From: Eubacteriales bacterium
GTDB lineage: Bacteria > Bacillota > Clostridia > Oscillospirales > CAG-272
Length of the DNA stretch: 64,000 bases
Reading direction: 5' to 3'
Assembly: GCA_045636385.1 (NCBI GenBank)
Contig: JAZTXK010000044.1
Span: forward strand, 23,523-87,522
The notes beneath the pieces are model-generated. The model searched no databases and was not told the origin of the DNA. It saw nothing but the letters and a program-made list of their open reading frames with translations. Positions 25,910 to 36,116 of this stretch are shown here, piece after piece. The position numbers were made by a program, and so were the translations under genes. The number at the start of each line of letters is the position of its first letter. Positions within the stretch are counted from its first letter, which is position 1.

Positions 25910-26916
25910 TGGAATACAGAGTTTTAGGAAAAACAGGACTTGAAATCTCCCGCCTCGGCTTTGGCGGTATCCCGATCCAGAAGATCGACGCAGAGGGCAC
26001 GAAGGCTCTGATCGGTGATATGATCAAGGAAGGCATCAACTTCATCGACACCGCGCGCGGCTATACCGTCAGCGAGGAATACCTCGGCTACGCGCTCGAG
26101 GGAGTGCGCGACAAGTTCGTGCTTGCGACCAAGAGCATGGCGCGCACCAAGGATGCGATGGCGAATGACATTGACGTCAGCCTTAAGAACCTCCGAACCG
26201 ATTATATCGACCTTTATCAGGTACACAATCCCGGCGCGGCGGATCTTGAAAAGGTAATGGCTGAGGGCGGCGCGCTTGAGGCACTTCTTGAGGCTAAGGC
26301 GGCGGGAAAGATCGGACATATCGGAATCACGCTCCATTCGGTCGAGCTTTTCCGCGAGGCGATCGAATTCGATTGGGTCGAAACGGTTATGTTCCCCTAC
26401 AACATCGTCGAAACTCAGGGCGAGGAGCTGATCGCGAAGTGCGCGGAGAAGAATATCGGATTTATCTGTATGAAGCCTCTCGCGGGCGGTGCGATCGAGG
26501 ACGCGACCGTTGCTCTGCGCTTTATCGTGAGCAATCACGCTGTAACCGTGGTCATCCCCGGAATGGCGGATTCCGCAGAGATTGCGCAGAACGTATCGGC
26601 GACGGCTGATACATCTCCCCTGAGTGCGGATGAGCAGAAAAAGATCGCAAAGATCAAGGATGATCTCGGCACAAATTTCTGCCGCAGATGCAATTACTGT
26701 CAGCCTTGTACTGCGGGGATCAATATCTCGGGTGTTTTCCTCTTTGAGGGATATTACAGCCGCTACGATCTTAAGGATTGGGCGCTCAGCCGCTATTCAA
26801 GTATGCCGAAGACCGCATCCGACTGCATTGATTGCGGCGTTTGCGAAACCCGCTGTCCTTATAATCTCCCCATCCGTCAGATGCTTAAGAGAGCCGCAGA
26901 GGTAATGGGCAAATAA
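25909..26916 (+). CDS. Aldo/keto reductase with a C-terminal 4Fe-4S cluster-binding extension
   Basis: AKR N-terminus LGKTGLEISRLGFGGIPIQ...INFIDTARGY...DLYQVHNP. The C-terminal Cys motifs are CRRCNYCQPC and CIDCGVCETRCP. Confidence 0.85.
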   Translation: MEYRVLGKTGLEISRLGFGGIPIQKIDAEGTKALIGDMIKEGINFIDTARGYTVSEEYLGYALEGVRDKFVLATKSMARTKDAMANDIDVSLKNLRTDYIDLYQVHNPGAADLEKVMAEGGALEALLEAKAAGKIGHIGITLHSVELFREAIEFDWVETVMFPYNIVETQGEELIAKCAEKNIGFICMKPLAGGAIEDATVALRFIVSNHAVTVVIPGMADSAEIAQNVSATADTSPLSADEQKKIAKIKDDLGTNFCRRCNYCQPCTAGINISGVFLFEGYYSRYDLKDWALSRYSSMPKTASDCIDCGVCETRCPYNLPIRQMLKRAAEVMGK

Positions 26917-26927
26917 GGAGACTGATC

Positions 26928-27716
26928 ATGATACTTGTTACGGGCGCGAGCGGATTTGTCGGTAGTAAGATCATGCAGATATGCCGTGACGTTGTTGCGT
27001 GCCCCTCTCTGCGGGGGGCGTCCGAGGACGATATCAAGCGTATCGTTGCCGAAAGCGGCGCGGATACGATCGTGCATACCGCCGCAATTTCGGATATCTC
27101 TGCCTGTCGGAAGGATCCCGAGGCATCATATATTGCAAACGTACAGATTCCCGTTTTTTTGGCGCGCGCGTCGACGGGCATAAAGCTCGTATGCTTCAGC
27201 TCGGATCAGGTTTACAGCGGAATGGATGAGGACGGACCTTACTTTGAAGACCGTGTGAAGCCGGGCAATCTTTATGCCGAGCATAAACTCGAAATGGAGG
27301 AGCGCGTGCTTCATATCGATCCCGATGCCGTTATGCTCCGCGCGGAGTGGATGTACGATTATTATTTGAAAAAATCCAATTATTTTATGAATATCATTAA
27401 CGCCGAGAAATCGGTCTGTTTCAGCTCACGGCAGTACAGAGGCGTCACATATGTCAAAGAGGTTGCCGAGAATATGCCGAGCGTCATTCGCCTCCCCGGC
27501 GGTTCGTATAACTTCGGAAGCGAAACGGCGAAATCTATGTATGCGATAACCGAGGGTTTTCTGTCGGCTATCGGCAAAAGCTTGACCGTCGAGGATCAGC
27601 CTCCGAGGCACAATTTGTGGATGAATTGCGATAAGGCGCGCAAGGGCGGCGTGATATTCAGCAGCGTCGAGGACGGACTGAAGCGTTGCGCGGCTGATTA
27701 CGGCTTCTTGAAATGA
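26928..27716 (+). CDS. NAD-dependent epimerase/reductase, RmlD-like (sugar nucleotide-binding SDR)
   Basis: N-terminal ILVTGASGFVGSKI and the YAEHK catalytic YxxxK motif. Confidence 0.6.
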   Translation: MILVTGASGFVGSKIMQICRDVVACPSLRGASEDDIKRIVAESGADTIVHTAAISDISACRKDPEASYIANVQIPVFLARASTGIKLVCFSSDQVYSGMDEDGPYFEDRVKPGNLYAEHKLEMEERVLHIDPDAVMLRAEWMYDYYLKKSNYFMNIINAEKSVCFSSRQYRGVTYVKEVAENMPSVIRLPGGSYNFGSETAKSMYAITEGFLSAIGKSLTVEDQPPRHNLWMNCDKARKGGVIFSSVEDGLKRCAADYGFLK

Positions 27717-27734
27717 TAGAATTCGCAGAAACCG

Positions 27735-27763
27735 TTGAAATTCGTATATTTTTATGATATAAT
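27735..27763 (+). promoter_or_regulatory. Sigma-A-type promoter
   Basis: TTGAAA, a 17-nt spacer, then TATAAT. Confidence 0.5.
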
Positions 27764-27793
27764 TTTTATATAACACCGAAAGGCGGCGAGCAA

Positions 27794-28348
27794 ATGACTA
27801 ATATTCAAAAAATGAAATCATACCTCGCCAAATATGTCTTTCCGAAACTTTACGAAAAAGGCTTTACGGGTAAATGGCCGCATTTTCGCAGGGAACTTGG
27901 TGATTGTGTAGAGCTTATAAGCTTCTATACCAACAAATGGGGCGGGGCGTTTAGCGTTTACGTTTCTGCCATTTTTCCAAATTCAGAAAATAAGAATTAT
28001 ACGATACATAAGTGGATGGACATAACCGAAGACCTGCTTTCGGCAGGCGATGCCAACAGAGGTTACCGTCTGAAAGGTATGTATGACGGAGAGTTCCATT
28101 ATCGCGATCTGTATAGGAAGCTTATGATAGGTCTCGGAATGGTTTATCTCCACGCCCCTGAAAATAAGGGAGAGTCATTTGTTCCACCTAAAGGCTACAA
28201 GTTCGTCCGAAAATTCGACGACGAAGCGGCGCTTGCGGTCTGCGAAGAGGTCAATAAACAATTTGAAAAAGCTTATAAATGGCTTGACAAATTTGAGAAA
28301 AAACATCAAAAGAAATATAATAAGTCGAAAGGCGGTACACAGAAATGA
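27794..28348 (+). CDS. Hypothetical protein (DUF4304-like), in a lower-GC insertion
   Basis: 184 aa. The N-terminus YVFPKLYEKGFTGKWPHFRRELGDCVELISF resembles DUF4304-type proteins (from memory, weak). GC is visibly lower than in the flanking genes. Confidence 0.4.
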   Translation: MTNIQKMKSYLAKYVFPKLYEKGFTGKWPHFRRELGDCVELISFYTNKWGGAFSVYVSAIFPNSENKNYTIHKWMDITEDLLSAGDANRGYRLKGMYDGEFHYRDLYRKLMIGLGMVYLHAPENKGESFVPPKGYKFVRKFDDEAALAVCEEVNKQFEKAYKWLDKFEKKHQKKYNKSKGGTQK

Positions 28349-29181
28349 TCATTAAATCCGACTGGCATATTCACAGCGAATATTCATACGACGCGGAAAA
28401 TCCGCTTGAGCTGATCGCGGAGAGAGCGACGGCGCAGGGGCTTTGCCGCATTGGTATTACCGACCACGCAAACTTTAACGATACAAAATTTATAGGCGAC
28501 CTTCATGCTTCCGTCGCGGGAGTCCGGGAGATGCAGAAAAAGTATCCCTTTATGATACTCGGCGTTGAGCTGACACCTATCGAGAAGCCCGAGTTCGATC
28601 ATATCGCCATCACCGGTACGCGTGAAGGCTACGAGCCGCCTATCTCCGACAAGCCTTACGATATCGAGCTTGCTTGCAGTAAGGAAGAGCTCGTAAAACT
28701 CGGCGTGCGCTACGCCATCGGCGCGTCGCATTGGAGAGTTGATTCCCCGAACGCGAAAAAGCTTGATCCCGATCTTGATGCCTGCATCAAGGAGTGGTAC
28801 CGTCAGCAGATGTTCCTTGCCGCCGACGAGAGAGTTACCATCCTCGGTCACCCCTGGTATATGGGCAAGGCGATCTGGTACGAGGATTTCGACGTCATTC
28901 CGCGCTCGATGAAGCTCGATATCGCAAACGAGCTCAAGAAGAACGGAAAGTACGTTGAATGCAATTCCCACTTCTTCCTCACTCCCAAGGCAAGCGAGAA
29001 GTTCCGCCGTCAGTATGCGGAATATCTCAGAGAAATGTTTGAGATGGGAATCCCCGTGACCTACGGCTCGGATTCGCACAAGAACTATCCCGACGCGCGC
29101 GAGGCGGTTGAAGCCTATCTGCGCGAGGCGGGATTCGTCGAGGGCGATTTCTCCGAGATCGCGGAAAAGGATCTTTGGTAA
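28345..29181 (+). CDS. PHP domain metal-dependent phosphoesterase
   Basis: DWHIHSEYSYDAENP...GITDHANF...GSDSH. The ATGA start overlaps the upstream stop. Confidence 0.7.
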   Translation: MIIKSDWHIHSEYSYDAENPLELIAERATAQGLCRIGITDHANFNDTKFIGDLHASVAGVREMQKKYPFMILGVELTPIEKPEFDHIAITGTREGYEPPISDKPYDIELACSKEELVKLGVRYAIGASHWRVDSPNAKKLDPDLDACIKEWYRQQMFLAADERVTILGHPWYMGKAIWYEDFDVIPRSMKLDIANELKKNGKYVECNSHFFLTPKASEKFRRQYAEYLREMFEMGIPVTYGSDSHKNYPDAREAVEAYLREAGFVEGDFSEIAEKDLW

Positions 29182-29236
29182 TATATTTCGGCCTGCTCAA
29201 ATCGGAAATTTGGGCAGACCGATTTTTTATTTTCTA

Positions 29237-29265
29237 TTGAAATCAAGACGGAAAAATGATATAAT
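29237..29265 (+). promoter_or_regulatory. Sigma-A-type promoter
   Basis: TTGAAA, a 17-nt spacer, then TATAAT. Confidence 0.5.
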
Positions 29266-29298
29266 AAAATCAATAAAATACTCCCTTGGAGGTACATT

Positions 29299-30198
29299 AT
29301 GAAACTTGCAACGACAACAGGCGATTTTTACGGTTACACTCATTCGCAGACAAAGGCTCTTGAGCATATCCGCGCGGCGGGATTCAAGTATGCGGACTAT
29401 AACTTCGGCGGCGATTACCGCGACCGCGCGGGTGTTTATTCAGACGATTATAAGCACTATTTCGGTGAGGTCAATGAGGCTGCGGAGAAGATCGGCATCA
29501 AGCTCGTTCAGGCGCATTCGCCGATGGGCAAGCCTCTCATTGATGATGGCGGCGTGTTTATCGCCGACACTATCCGATGCGTTGAGGCGTGCGGAGCTTG
29601 GGGAATTCCCAATCTCGTCGTCCATTCGGGCTACGTTCACGGTCTGACACCCGAGGAGACCTTTGAGCAGAATAAGCTCTTCTTTATGCCCATTTTGCGC
29701 GAGGCAGAGAAGTGGGGCGTCAATATCCTCGTCGAAAATTTCAACAAGATGCACCACGAGGGACTTTATTGGATCGACAACGCGACCGACCTCCTCCGTC
29801 AGATCGAGGTCGTTGACCATCCGCTTTTCCACGCCGTATGGGATGCGGGACACGCGAATATGCAGGATATGCCGCAGGACGAGGAGCTTCGTCTGCTCGG
29901 CAGCCACGTTCGCGCGCTCCATATTCAGGACAATATGCAGGAGTCGGATACCCACCTCGTCCCCTTCCTCGGCACGATGAATCTCGACGCCGTAATGAAC
30001 GGACTTCTCGACATCGGCTACGACGGATATTTCACCTTCGAGGTCGGCGGATTCTTCACACCCGCATCAAAGCGACGTAAATACGAGCGCGAAACCCGCC
30101 TCGCGGGCGCACCGATTGCGCTCAAGGATGCCTTCGAGCGTTATCTCTACGATCTTGGCAGAGTAGTCCTTGAATCCTACGGGGTTTACGAGGAATGA
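29299..30198 (+). CDS. Sugar phosphate isomerase/epimerase (xylose isomerase-like TIM barrel)
   Basis: 299 aa with the pattern HSGY...LVENF...WDAGHANM...LHIQDN...FEV typical of AP endonuclease 2/xylose-isomerase-like TIM barrels. Confidence 0.75.
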   Translation: MKLATTTGDFYGYTHSQTKALEHIRAAGFKYADYNFGGDYRDRAGVYSDDYKHYFGEVNEAAEKIGIKLVQAHSPMGKPLIDDGGVFIADTIRCVEACGAWGIPNLVVHSGYVHGLTPEETFEQNKLFFMPILREAEKWGVNILVENFNKMHHEGLYWIDNATDLLRQIEVVDHPLFHAVWDAGHANMQDMPQDEELRLLGSHVRALHIQDNMQESDTHLVPFLGTMNLDAVMNGLLDIGYDGYFTFEVGGFFTPASKRRKYERETRLAGAPIALKDAFERYLYDLGRVVLESYGVYEE

Positions 30199-30830
30199 GA
30201 ATACTTTTTATAGGCAACAGCGCGACCTACGTTCACGATATCCCCGAAAATCTTGCCCGTCTTGCCACGGCGGCGGGGTATCCGACCGAGTGCGTGCGCA
30301 TCGTCAAGGGCGGATGGAAGCTCTCGCAGCACGCCGAAGCGGGAAGCCGCGCACTTGCGGAGATCGAAAAGGGATACGACATTGTCGTTCTTCAGGACAA
30401 CGGCAACTGCATTGAAAATGACGAACGCCGCGCGGCATCGGTTGCCGCATCCGAAATTCTCGGCAAAGCCGCGCGAGACAGCGGAGCGAAGGTGTATTAT
30501 TACGTCCGTCCGCCGTATGGATACGAGGCTTTCGGCCGCTCGCCCGTGGAGCAATGCCGTGAATTTGACCGCTTTTTTACCGAAATAGCCGATCGCGAGG
30601 GCGCGGTCTGCGCATACGTTAACCGCGCGTTTGAGTACGCGATCGAAAACAGCGATATCCGCCTCTGGGGCGACGATAACGCCCACACGAGCGACGAGGG
30701 CGCGTACCTTGCCGTTTGCGTGATATTCGCTACAATTTTCCGCGCCTCGGCAACTTTGCTCGACGGCGACGGGATCGAAAATGCGAAAGTATTGCAGGAG
30801 ATAGCCGATAAAATAGTTTTTGGAGGTTAA
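30195..30830 (+). CDS. SGNH/GDSL-type hydrolase-like protein
   Basis: N-terminal ILFIGNSATY block I motif. The ATGA start overlaps the upstream stop. Confidence 0.55.
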   Translation: MRILFIGNSATYVHDIPENLARLATAAGYPTECVRIVKGGWKLSQHAEAGSRALAEIEKGYDIVVLQDNGNCIENDERRAASVAASEILGKAARDSGAKVYYYVRPPYGYEAFGRSPVEQCREFDRFFTEIADREGAVCAYVNRAFEYAIENSDIRLWGDDNAHTSDEGAYLAVCVIFATIFRASATLLDGDGIENAKVLQEIADKIVFGG

Positions 30831-30833
30831 TAT

Positions 30834-32150
30834 ATGGACAAAGCCGTACAGGTTTATAAAAAATACAAATCGCAAGTTCAGGTCACTTGTTTTATTGCAT
30901 TCTTTCTTTATATTGTTATATCCGCAATTCTCAATTTCATAGGTCTGTTCCCGCTTGTAATACCCGCGGCTGTGATCGTGACGTTGAGTTCCCGAAAAAG
31001 AGTTCTGTCTCTTGTCCGTAAGCACATTATGGGAATCATGCTTGACGATCTTGATGCCCACCTCTACCGCGAGGTCATCACAACGTCGGGAATCGGCGCG
31101 AAAAACATCTTTCATATTATGGAAAGTGAATTTTACGTCGGAAATGTTCGCGGCGCAATAGCGATCGGCGAAGCCGTTTATACCAACAGTTCGATATCGG
31201 AAAAGTACAGGTATTCGACACTTGCTTTTCTTGCGCAGTATTATTATTGTCTTGGCGACGATGAAGGATTGGCTTCCGTGTGCCGACGTTTCCGCGAATT
31301 CAAGCTTCCGAAGCGCGGCGCACGTATTCGGGATACGGAAAAGATCATCGGAAAATACGAAAAGTTTCTTGCGGGCGACTACGATGCCTTCGTCCGTCCG
31401 ATAAATCCGAAGCTCAAGGGAACTTTATATCCGCTCGTGACTTCCTTCAATGAGGCGCGTGCTGCGCTGAAAAAGGGAGATGCTCGATCTGCGAGGGCGA
31501 TCTTTTCCTCGCTTTCCGTGTCGGCTGAAAATACCGTTTTGGGTATACTTTCGCGCCGCGCGGTCGAGGCAATCGACGGCGGCATAGACTACTCCGAAGC
31601 GGTAGCGCAGAGCGCGGGCGATCAGGTTGACGCCGAAGCGACGGTTAAAAAATTCATTGAAGAAGACAAAAAATTCAAAAAGGGCAGAAGGCTCTTGCTG
31701 ATATTCATAGCCGTGATTTTGGCTATTGCGCTTCCGAACTCTATCCGCAGTTGGATTCGCGAGGTGGACGAGAAGATCACGCTTCGATTGCTTGACGAGC
31801 ACTACGACAATATCGAGATCGTCGATATGTTTTGGTTCCGTGTGGACGGAAAGAGAAACGAGCTGACGTTTATTGCCGAGGGCGACGGAGTTTTGTACCT
31901 CGGCGGCAGATATCGGGATGAAAACGGCGACTTTACAGCGAGCATTTACTCGATCTGCAGGCTTTCCGAGCTTGATGAAAACGGCAAATTTGTGCAAGCC
32001 TTTTCCAATCACGATAACGTCGCGCTACTGTATTTCCACGTCAACAGCGAATTTTTCTACGTCGACGAAGACGAGGTGCTCTTATACGGCAGATACTATG
32101 TCGGAGAAAAATTTGTTACGGTTATCATTGATGACGAAGTAATTGAATAA
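30834..32150 (+). CDS. Hypothetical membrane protein with a TPR-like central region
   Basis: 438 aa, with two N-terminal TM segments and one central TM segment (LLLIFIAVILAIAL). No family was recognised. RBS GGAGG is present. Confidence 0.5.
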   Translation: MDKAVQVYKKYKSQVQVTCFIAFFLYIVISAILNFIGLFPLVIPAAVIVTLSSRKRVLSLVRKHIMGIMLDDLDAHLYREVITTSGIGAKNIFHIMESEFYVGNVRGAIAIGEAVYTNSSISEKYRYSTLAFLAQYYYCLGDDEGLASVCRRFREFKLPKRGARIRDTEKIIGKYEKFLAGDYDAFVRPINPKLKGTLYPLVTSFNEARAALKKGDARSARAIFSSLSVSAENTVLGILSRRAVEAIDGGIDYSEAVAQSAGDQVDAEATVKKFIEEDKKFKKGRRLLLIFIAVILAIALPNSIRSWIREVDEKITLRLLDEHYDNIEIVDMFWFRVDGKRNELTFIAEGDGVLYLGGRYRDENGDFTASIYSICRLSELDENGKFVQAFSNHDNVALLYFHVNSEFFYVDEDEVLLYGRYYVGEKFVTVIIDDEVIE

Positions 32151-32190
32151 AAAATAAGGACAGAGAATGCAAATTCTCTGTCCTTTAAAT
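32150..32190. terminator. Bidirectional intrinsic terminator between convergent genes
   Basis: Hairpin aaggacagagaat-gcaa-attctctgtcctt flanked by A- and T-rich runs. Confidence 0.8.
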
Positions 32191-32196
32191 TTAGGT

Positions 32197-33255
32197 TTAT
32201 GCAAACAAAGTTGCTACTGTAAGTGCTACCAGCACCGCCGCGCCTGCGATAGTGCCGACGTTGAGAATCGCCGCGCGGCTCTTTTCGGCGGCGGTCAGCT
32301 TGGGGCAGTTGTTCTCAATCTTCGATTTTTTGAAGTTGATGAGAAGGATTATTCCGCCCGCGATATTGATCGCGCCTATGACGAGCGCGTAAAGGAGATA
32401 GGCGGCAACGGGCAGACCGTATTCGGTGAGAAGCGCGAATATCTCGTCGATCTGTATCTCGGCGGTGGTTTGGTTGATCTTATTGAGAAATTCAAGAACC
32501 TTGGGCAAGAGAAGTCCTGGGATAACGCCCATTACCGTGTTGAATACCATATGCATCAGCGTTACGGTGAGGTAGCTTCCCGTTTTGCAGTAAACGTAGC
32601 CGAAGATGACACCGAGCCCGAAGGCGTAGAAGAACTGGCTGAAATTCTGATGGAAAAGCCCGAAGAATGCGGCGGAGATGAGGATAGCAGTAAGCTCGCC
32701 GTATTTATGCGTGCGATCGATGAGCACCTTGCGGAAGAAGAATTCCTCAAGTATCGGCGCGAGAATGCCCGTGCAGATGAACATCTGGAGGGGCTCGGTT
32801 TCAAGGATGATGCCCGTAAGTTGATTAACGACCTGATTGCCAGTTATCGTATTCCATACGAGAAGTCCGACGGCGCCGATCATATTTCCAACCCAGCCGG
32901 TAGCGAAGCAGATGCACATCAGCTTCATAAATTTGCCCGCACCGATGCGCTCCCCCGTGGGCGCACTTTTTTTCGTGCCAATAAGAGTGCAAAGACCTAC
33001 CGCAAGCGAGAGTGCGATCAGGACCTCGTTGAAGTAAAGAAGGTATTTGTTGTATATTTCCTTGACTGCCGCGTCGGCGTCTTTGAGAAATACTCCGAGC
33101 GCAAGCGACAAAAGAACCATAAACAGAGATATTCCGAAGAGCGCCCAGCCGCACCGCGAATATGCGCGGCGCATGCCGTTCAATTTTGCCTCTTTTTCCT
33201 CGGGAAATACGAAAGCAAGTTCATTTTGGGGTGTCTGAATGATTTCCTCTGACAT
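32197..33255 (-). CDS. CPBP family intramembrane glutamic endopeptidase (CAAX protease/Abi-like)
   Basis: Motifs ILEEFFFRKVL and FGLFH...HMVFN in a polytopic membrane protein. The start was set at the ATG preceded by AAGGAGA. Confidence 0.8.
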   Translation of the reverse strand: MSEEIIQTPQNELAFVFPEEKEAKLNGMRRAYSRCGWALFGISLFMVLLSLALGVFLKDADAAVKEIYNKYLLYFNEVLIALSLAVGLCTLIGTKKSAPTGERIGAGKFMKLMCICFATGWVGNMIGAVGLLVWNTITGNQVVNQLTGIILETEPLQMFICTGILAPILEEFFFRKVLIDRTHKYGELTAILISAAFFGLFHQNFSQFFYAFGLGVIFGYVYCKTGSYLTVTLMHMVFNTVMGVIPGLLLPKVLEFLNKINQTTAEIQIDEIFALLTEYGLPVAAYLLYALVIGAINIAGGIILLINFKKSKIENNCPKLTAAEKSRAAILNVGTIAGAAVLVALTVATLFA

Positions 33256-33269
33256 GATTTTCTCCTTAC

Positions 33270-34661
33270 TTATGCTGTTTTTCCTATTGTTTTGTATACG
33301 TTCAGCCACTTGCCGCTGAAATAACGCCAAGCGAAGAGGATGGTTCTGAATACCCAGTCGACGGTCATTGCAACCCAGACTCCGAGCGGACCCATACCGA
33401 ATCCCGCGATGGTGAGGCCGAAGATCTCAACTGCCTCAAGCGAGAAGACATAGCAGAGTCCAACGCGGAAGGTCCACATCGAGATCATCGAAATGACGAG
33501 CGGGAATTTTACGTCGCTTGCCGCGCGGAAGGCTGAGGGAAGCGTAAACGCCGCGGGCCAGATGACCGCCGCGCAGATTGCGTGGTAGATGATGAGCTGA
33601 TACGCGATATCCGCGCCCTCGGCGGAAAGCTCGTAGAATCCGATGACGGGCTTTGCGATAAAGAAGGTCAGGATGACGACCGCCCAAAGGCAGACGTAGG
33701 TCGCGCTGATAAGTATGTTCGAGTAACGCTTCGCCTGCTCCTTTTCCTCCGCGCCGACACAGCGTCCGACGACGGTTACCATCGTGTTCGAGAACGCCGT
33801 TCCCGGCATATACTGATAGTTCGCAAGCGTTGCGGCAACGGCGTTTGCCGCGATGGCGGCGGTGCCCATCGAGGAAATAAGGCTCTGGGTTATCAGCTTA
33901 CCGAACTGGAACATACTGCTCTCGATTCCGTTCGGCACGCCGATGCGGAGAATTTCCTTGATGATCGGAAAATCGGGGCGGTAGTCGAGGTAGCGATCGA
34001 CGTAGACCGTGTTTTTACGGTTGCGCAAGAGGTAGAGCGTGATAATCGTACCGATTATACGCGATACGAGCGTCGAAATTGCCGCGCCCATCGCGCCCAT
34101 GCCGTAGCCGTAGATAAGAATAGCATTTCCGCAGACGTTGATGATATTCATACCGAGCGAGATGAGCATCGACATCGTCGAGTTACCCATAACGCGGTAG
34201 AGCGCGCCGCCCGCGTTGTTGATCGCGAGGAAGGGGAATGAGAGCGCGACGAAGACGAAGTAATCCTTTGCCGCGCGCATAACGTCGGGTTCAACGTCGC
34301 CGAAAAGTAGTCCCATAAGGAAATCCTCGAGGATTATGACGGCGATCGAGATAAAGAGCGCAACTGCCGTTGTGGCGTAGGTGAGCTGCTTTGCCGCCGA
34401 GAGCGCGCCCTCGCGGTTCTTCTGTCCGAGGAACTGCGCTACGACGACCGAGCCACCCGAAACAAGCGCGCCGAACGCGATGACGAGCATCGTGTCGAGC
34501 GAGTTGACGAGCGAAACGCCCGAAACCGCGGCTTCGCCCGCCTTTGCCACCATCAGCGTGTCGACCATACCGATCGTGACGGCAAGGATCTGCTGAATTA
34601 TCAGCGGGAGCGCGATTTTAATGAGATCGCTCCTTGAAAAGAGCGGTTTTTTGTTGTCCAT
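33270..34661 (-). CDS. MATE family efflux transporter
   Basis: 463 aa with 12 TM segments. The N-terminus IALPLIIQQILAVTIGMVDTLMV is typical of MATE/NorM-like proteins. Confidence 0.85.
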   Translation of the reverse strand: MDNKKPLFSRSDLIKIALPLIIQQILAVTIGMVDTLMVAKAGEAAVSGVSLVNSLDTMLVIAFGALVSGGSVVVAQFLGQKNREGALSAAKQLTYATTAVALFISIAVIILEDFLMGLLFGDVEPDVMRAAKDYFVFVALSFPFLAINNAGGALYRVMGNSTMSMLISLGMNIINVCGNAILIYGYGMGAMGAAISTLVSRIIGTIITLYLLRNRKNTVYVDRYLDYRPDFPIIKEILRIGVPNGIESSMFQFGKLITQSLISSMGTAAIAANAVAATLANYQYMPGTAFSNTMVTVVGRCVGAEEKEQAKRYSNILISATYVCLWAVVILTFFIAKPVIGFYELSAEGADIAYQLIIYHAICAAVIWPAAFTLPSAFRAASDVKFPLVISMISMWTFRVGLCYVFSLEAVEIFGLTIAGFGMGPLGVWVAMTVDWVFRTILFAWRYFSGKWLNVYKTIGKTA

Positions 34662-34676
34662 AGATTTTTCTTTCTG

Positions 34677-36116
34677 TTAATTAAACTTCAGATCCGCCAT
34701 AACGGGGTAGTGATCGCTCGCGTCGTCGCTTATCTTGTTGACGACGACCTTAAACGCGAGGGCGTTTAATTCCTTCGTATACCATACGAAATCCTCGGAA
34801 ATACGGTTGGTCTCCCTTGTTCCGATCTTATGGAAGGTGCCGTGGGATTTGTTTTGATTTCCGTTGAGCTGTGCGTTTTGCTGAGAGTCGATATAGCCGT
34901 TTGCAACGAGGTGCTTATACGCGCTGTCCGGAGAGGATTGCGTGCGTCCGGTATACAGGTCGCCCGTGAGAATAACGGGGAGCGGGGATGAAAATGCAGA
35001 CTGTGCATCCGCAATGGCGGCAAGCTGCTCCTTCGCCCACTGGCTTGATGAACGGCTGTCGGCGTAGTGTGCGGTCGAGAGGATGAAATTTCGTCCCTTA
35101 TAGGAGAATACCGCCGTATGCGAGCCGTGGTAGTAGATAAATCCCTTGGGATTTGCCGAGGTGGTGTTGGTCTTCTGCGTTGAATAACGCCAAGCGGACG
35201 AGATGACCTCAAGGCCGATATCCTTGCGGTAGATGATGTTGGAATTTATCGTTTTGCCCTTTATTGCATCCGCACCCTCCTCGGGCTTGCCCTTGTCGTA
35301 GGGCGAATCGAGGCAAACGTAGTATTCGCCGAGTTCGCCCATAACGGCATCGAAAAAGACGGTATTTCCGTTGTGGCTGGCGTAAAACTCGTTGGTCGTG
35401 ATGATATCGGGCAGGAATTGCAGTATCATATCCGCAATATCCTCGCCGCGCGTGACGTTGTCGGTATAAACTACGGGAGGCGTTGTGACGTTGGGATCAA
35501 GATAGGGCGCCGCCATATTCCAATGGAATACGCGGAGATCGGTGCCCTCGGCGCGCTCCCACATACTGTTTTTGTTCTTATTGACCGTGTCGAGAATGTC
35601 GCCGCTTATGACGGTTCCTTCAAGTGCGGTCGGCGCGGGTGCGAGGGAGGAGATGTATGCGGTCAGCTCCTCGGTGAGCTTTTCAAGAGTGGCTCTGCCC
35701 TCGCCCATAACGACGAGCTTTTCGCCGATAACGCGGACTTCGTAGTACACGTTCGGGCGGGAGAATGCTCCCCTGACCTCGGCACTTTCGTCGCGGTTGG
35801 TCTTACCGACGAGGATCTCGCGCTCGCCTTCCTTTGCCGTGTGGCTTTTCACGGGAAGACGGCATCCGACAGCTTCGTTGATCGCCATTTTCAGCTCGTT
35901 TGCACAAGCCAAAGAGGCTTTCGAGCCGTTGTGGATTATTGTGTATTCCGAAATATCCGCGCCCGCGATCGATATCGAGAGCACTTCGGGGATCGCTTCG
36001 GTGGTTTCGGCGGGGAGAGTGGTTTCGGGCAACGTGGTTTCTGCCGGAATCTCCGCGGGGGCGCAGGAGAGAAGGATGAGGGGCAGAAGCGCAAGTATTA
36101 AAATAAATCTTTTCAT
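34677..36116 (-). CDS. Lipoprotein: shared N-terminal module plus endonuclease/exonuclease/phosphatase (EEP) family domain
   Basis: Signal peptide with lipobox LLSC and a T/E/P/A linker. The N-module is YTIIHNGSKASLACANELKMAINEAVG...EILVGKTN...VIGEKLVVMG. The C-terminal EEP end motif is SDHYPVMADLKF. Confidence 0.65.
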   Translation of the reverse strand: MKRFILILALLPLILLSCAPAEIPAETTLPETTLPAETTEAIPEVLSISIAGADISEYTIIHNGSKASLACANELKMAINEAVGCRLPVKSHTAKEGEREILVGKTNRDESAEVRGAFSRPNVYYEVRVIGEKLVVMGEGRATLEKLTEELTAYISSLAPAPTALEGTVISGDILDTVNKNKNSMWERAEGTDLRVFHWNMAAPYLDPNVTTPPVVYTDNVTRGEDIADMILQFLPDIITTNEFYASHNGNTVFFDAVMGELGEYYVCLDSPYDKGKPEEGADAIKGKTINSNIIYRKDIGLEVISSAWRYSTQKTNTTSANPKGFIYYHGSHTAVFSYKGRNFILSTAHYADSRSSSQWAKEQLAAIADAQSAFSSPLPVILTGDLYTGRTQSSPDSAYKHLVANGYIDSQQNAQLNGNQNKSHGTFHKIGTRETNRISEDFVWYTKELNALAFKVVVNKISDDASDHYPVMADLKFN

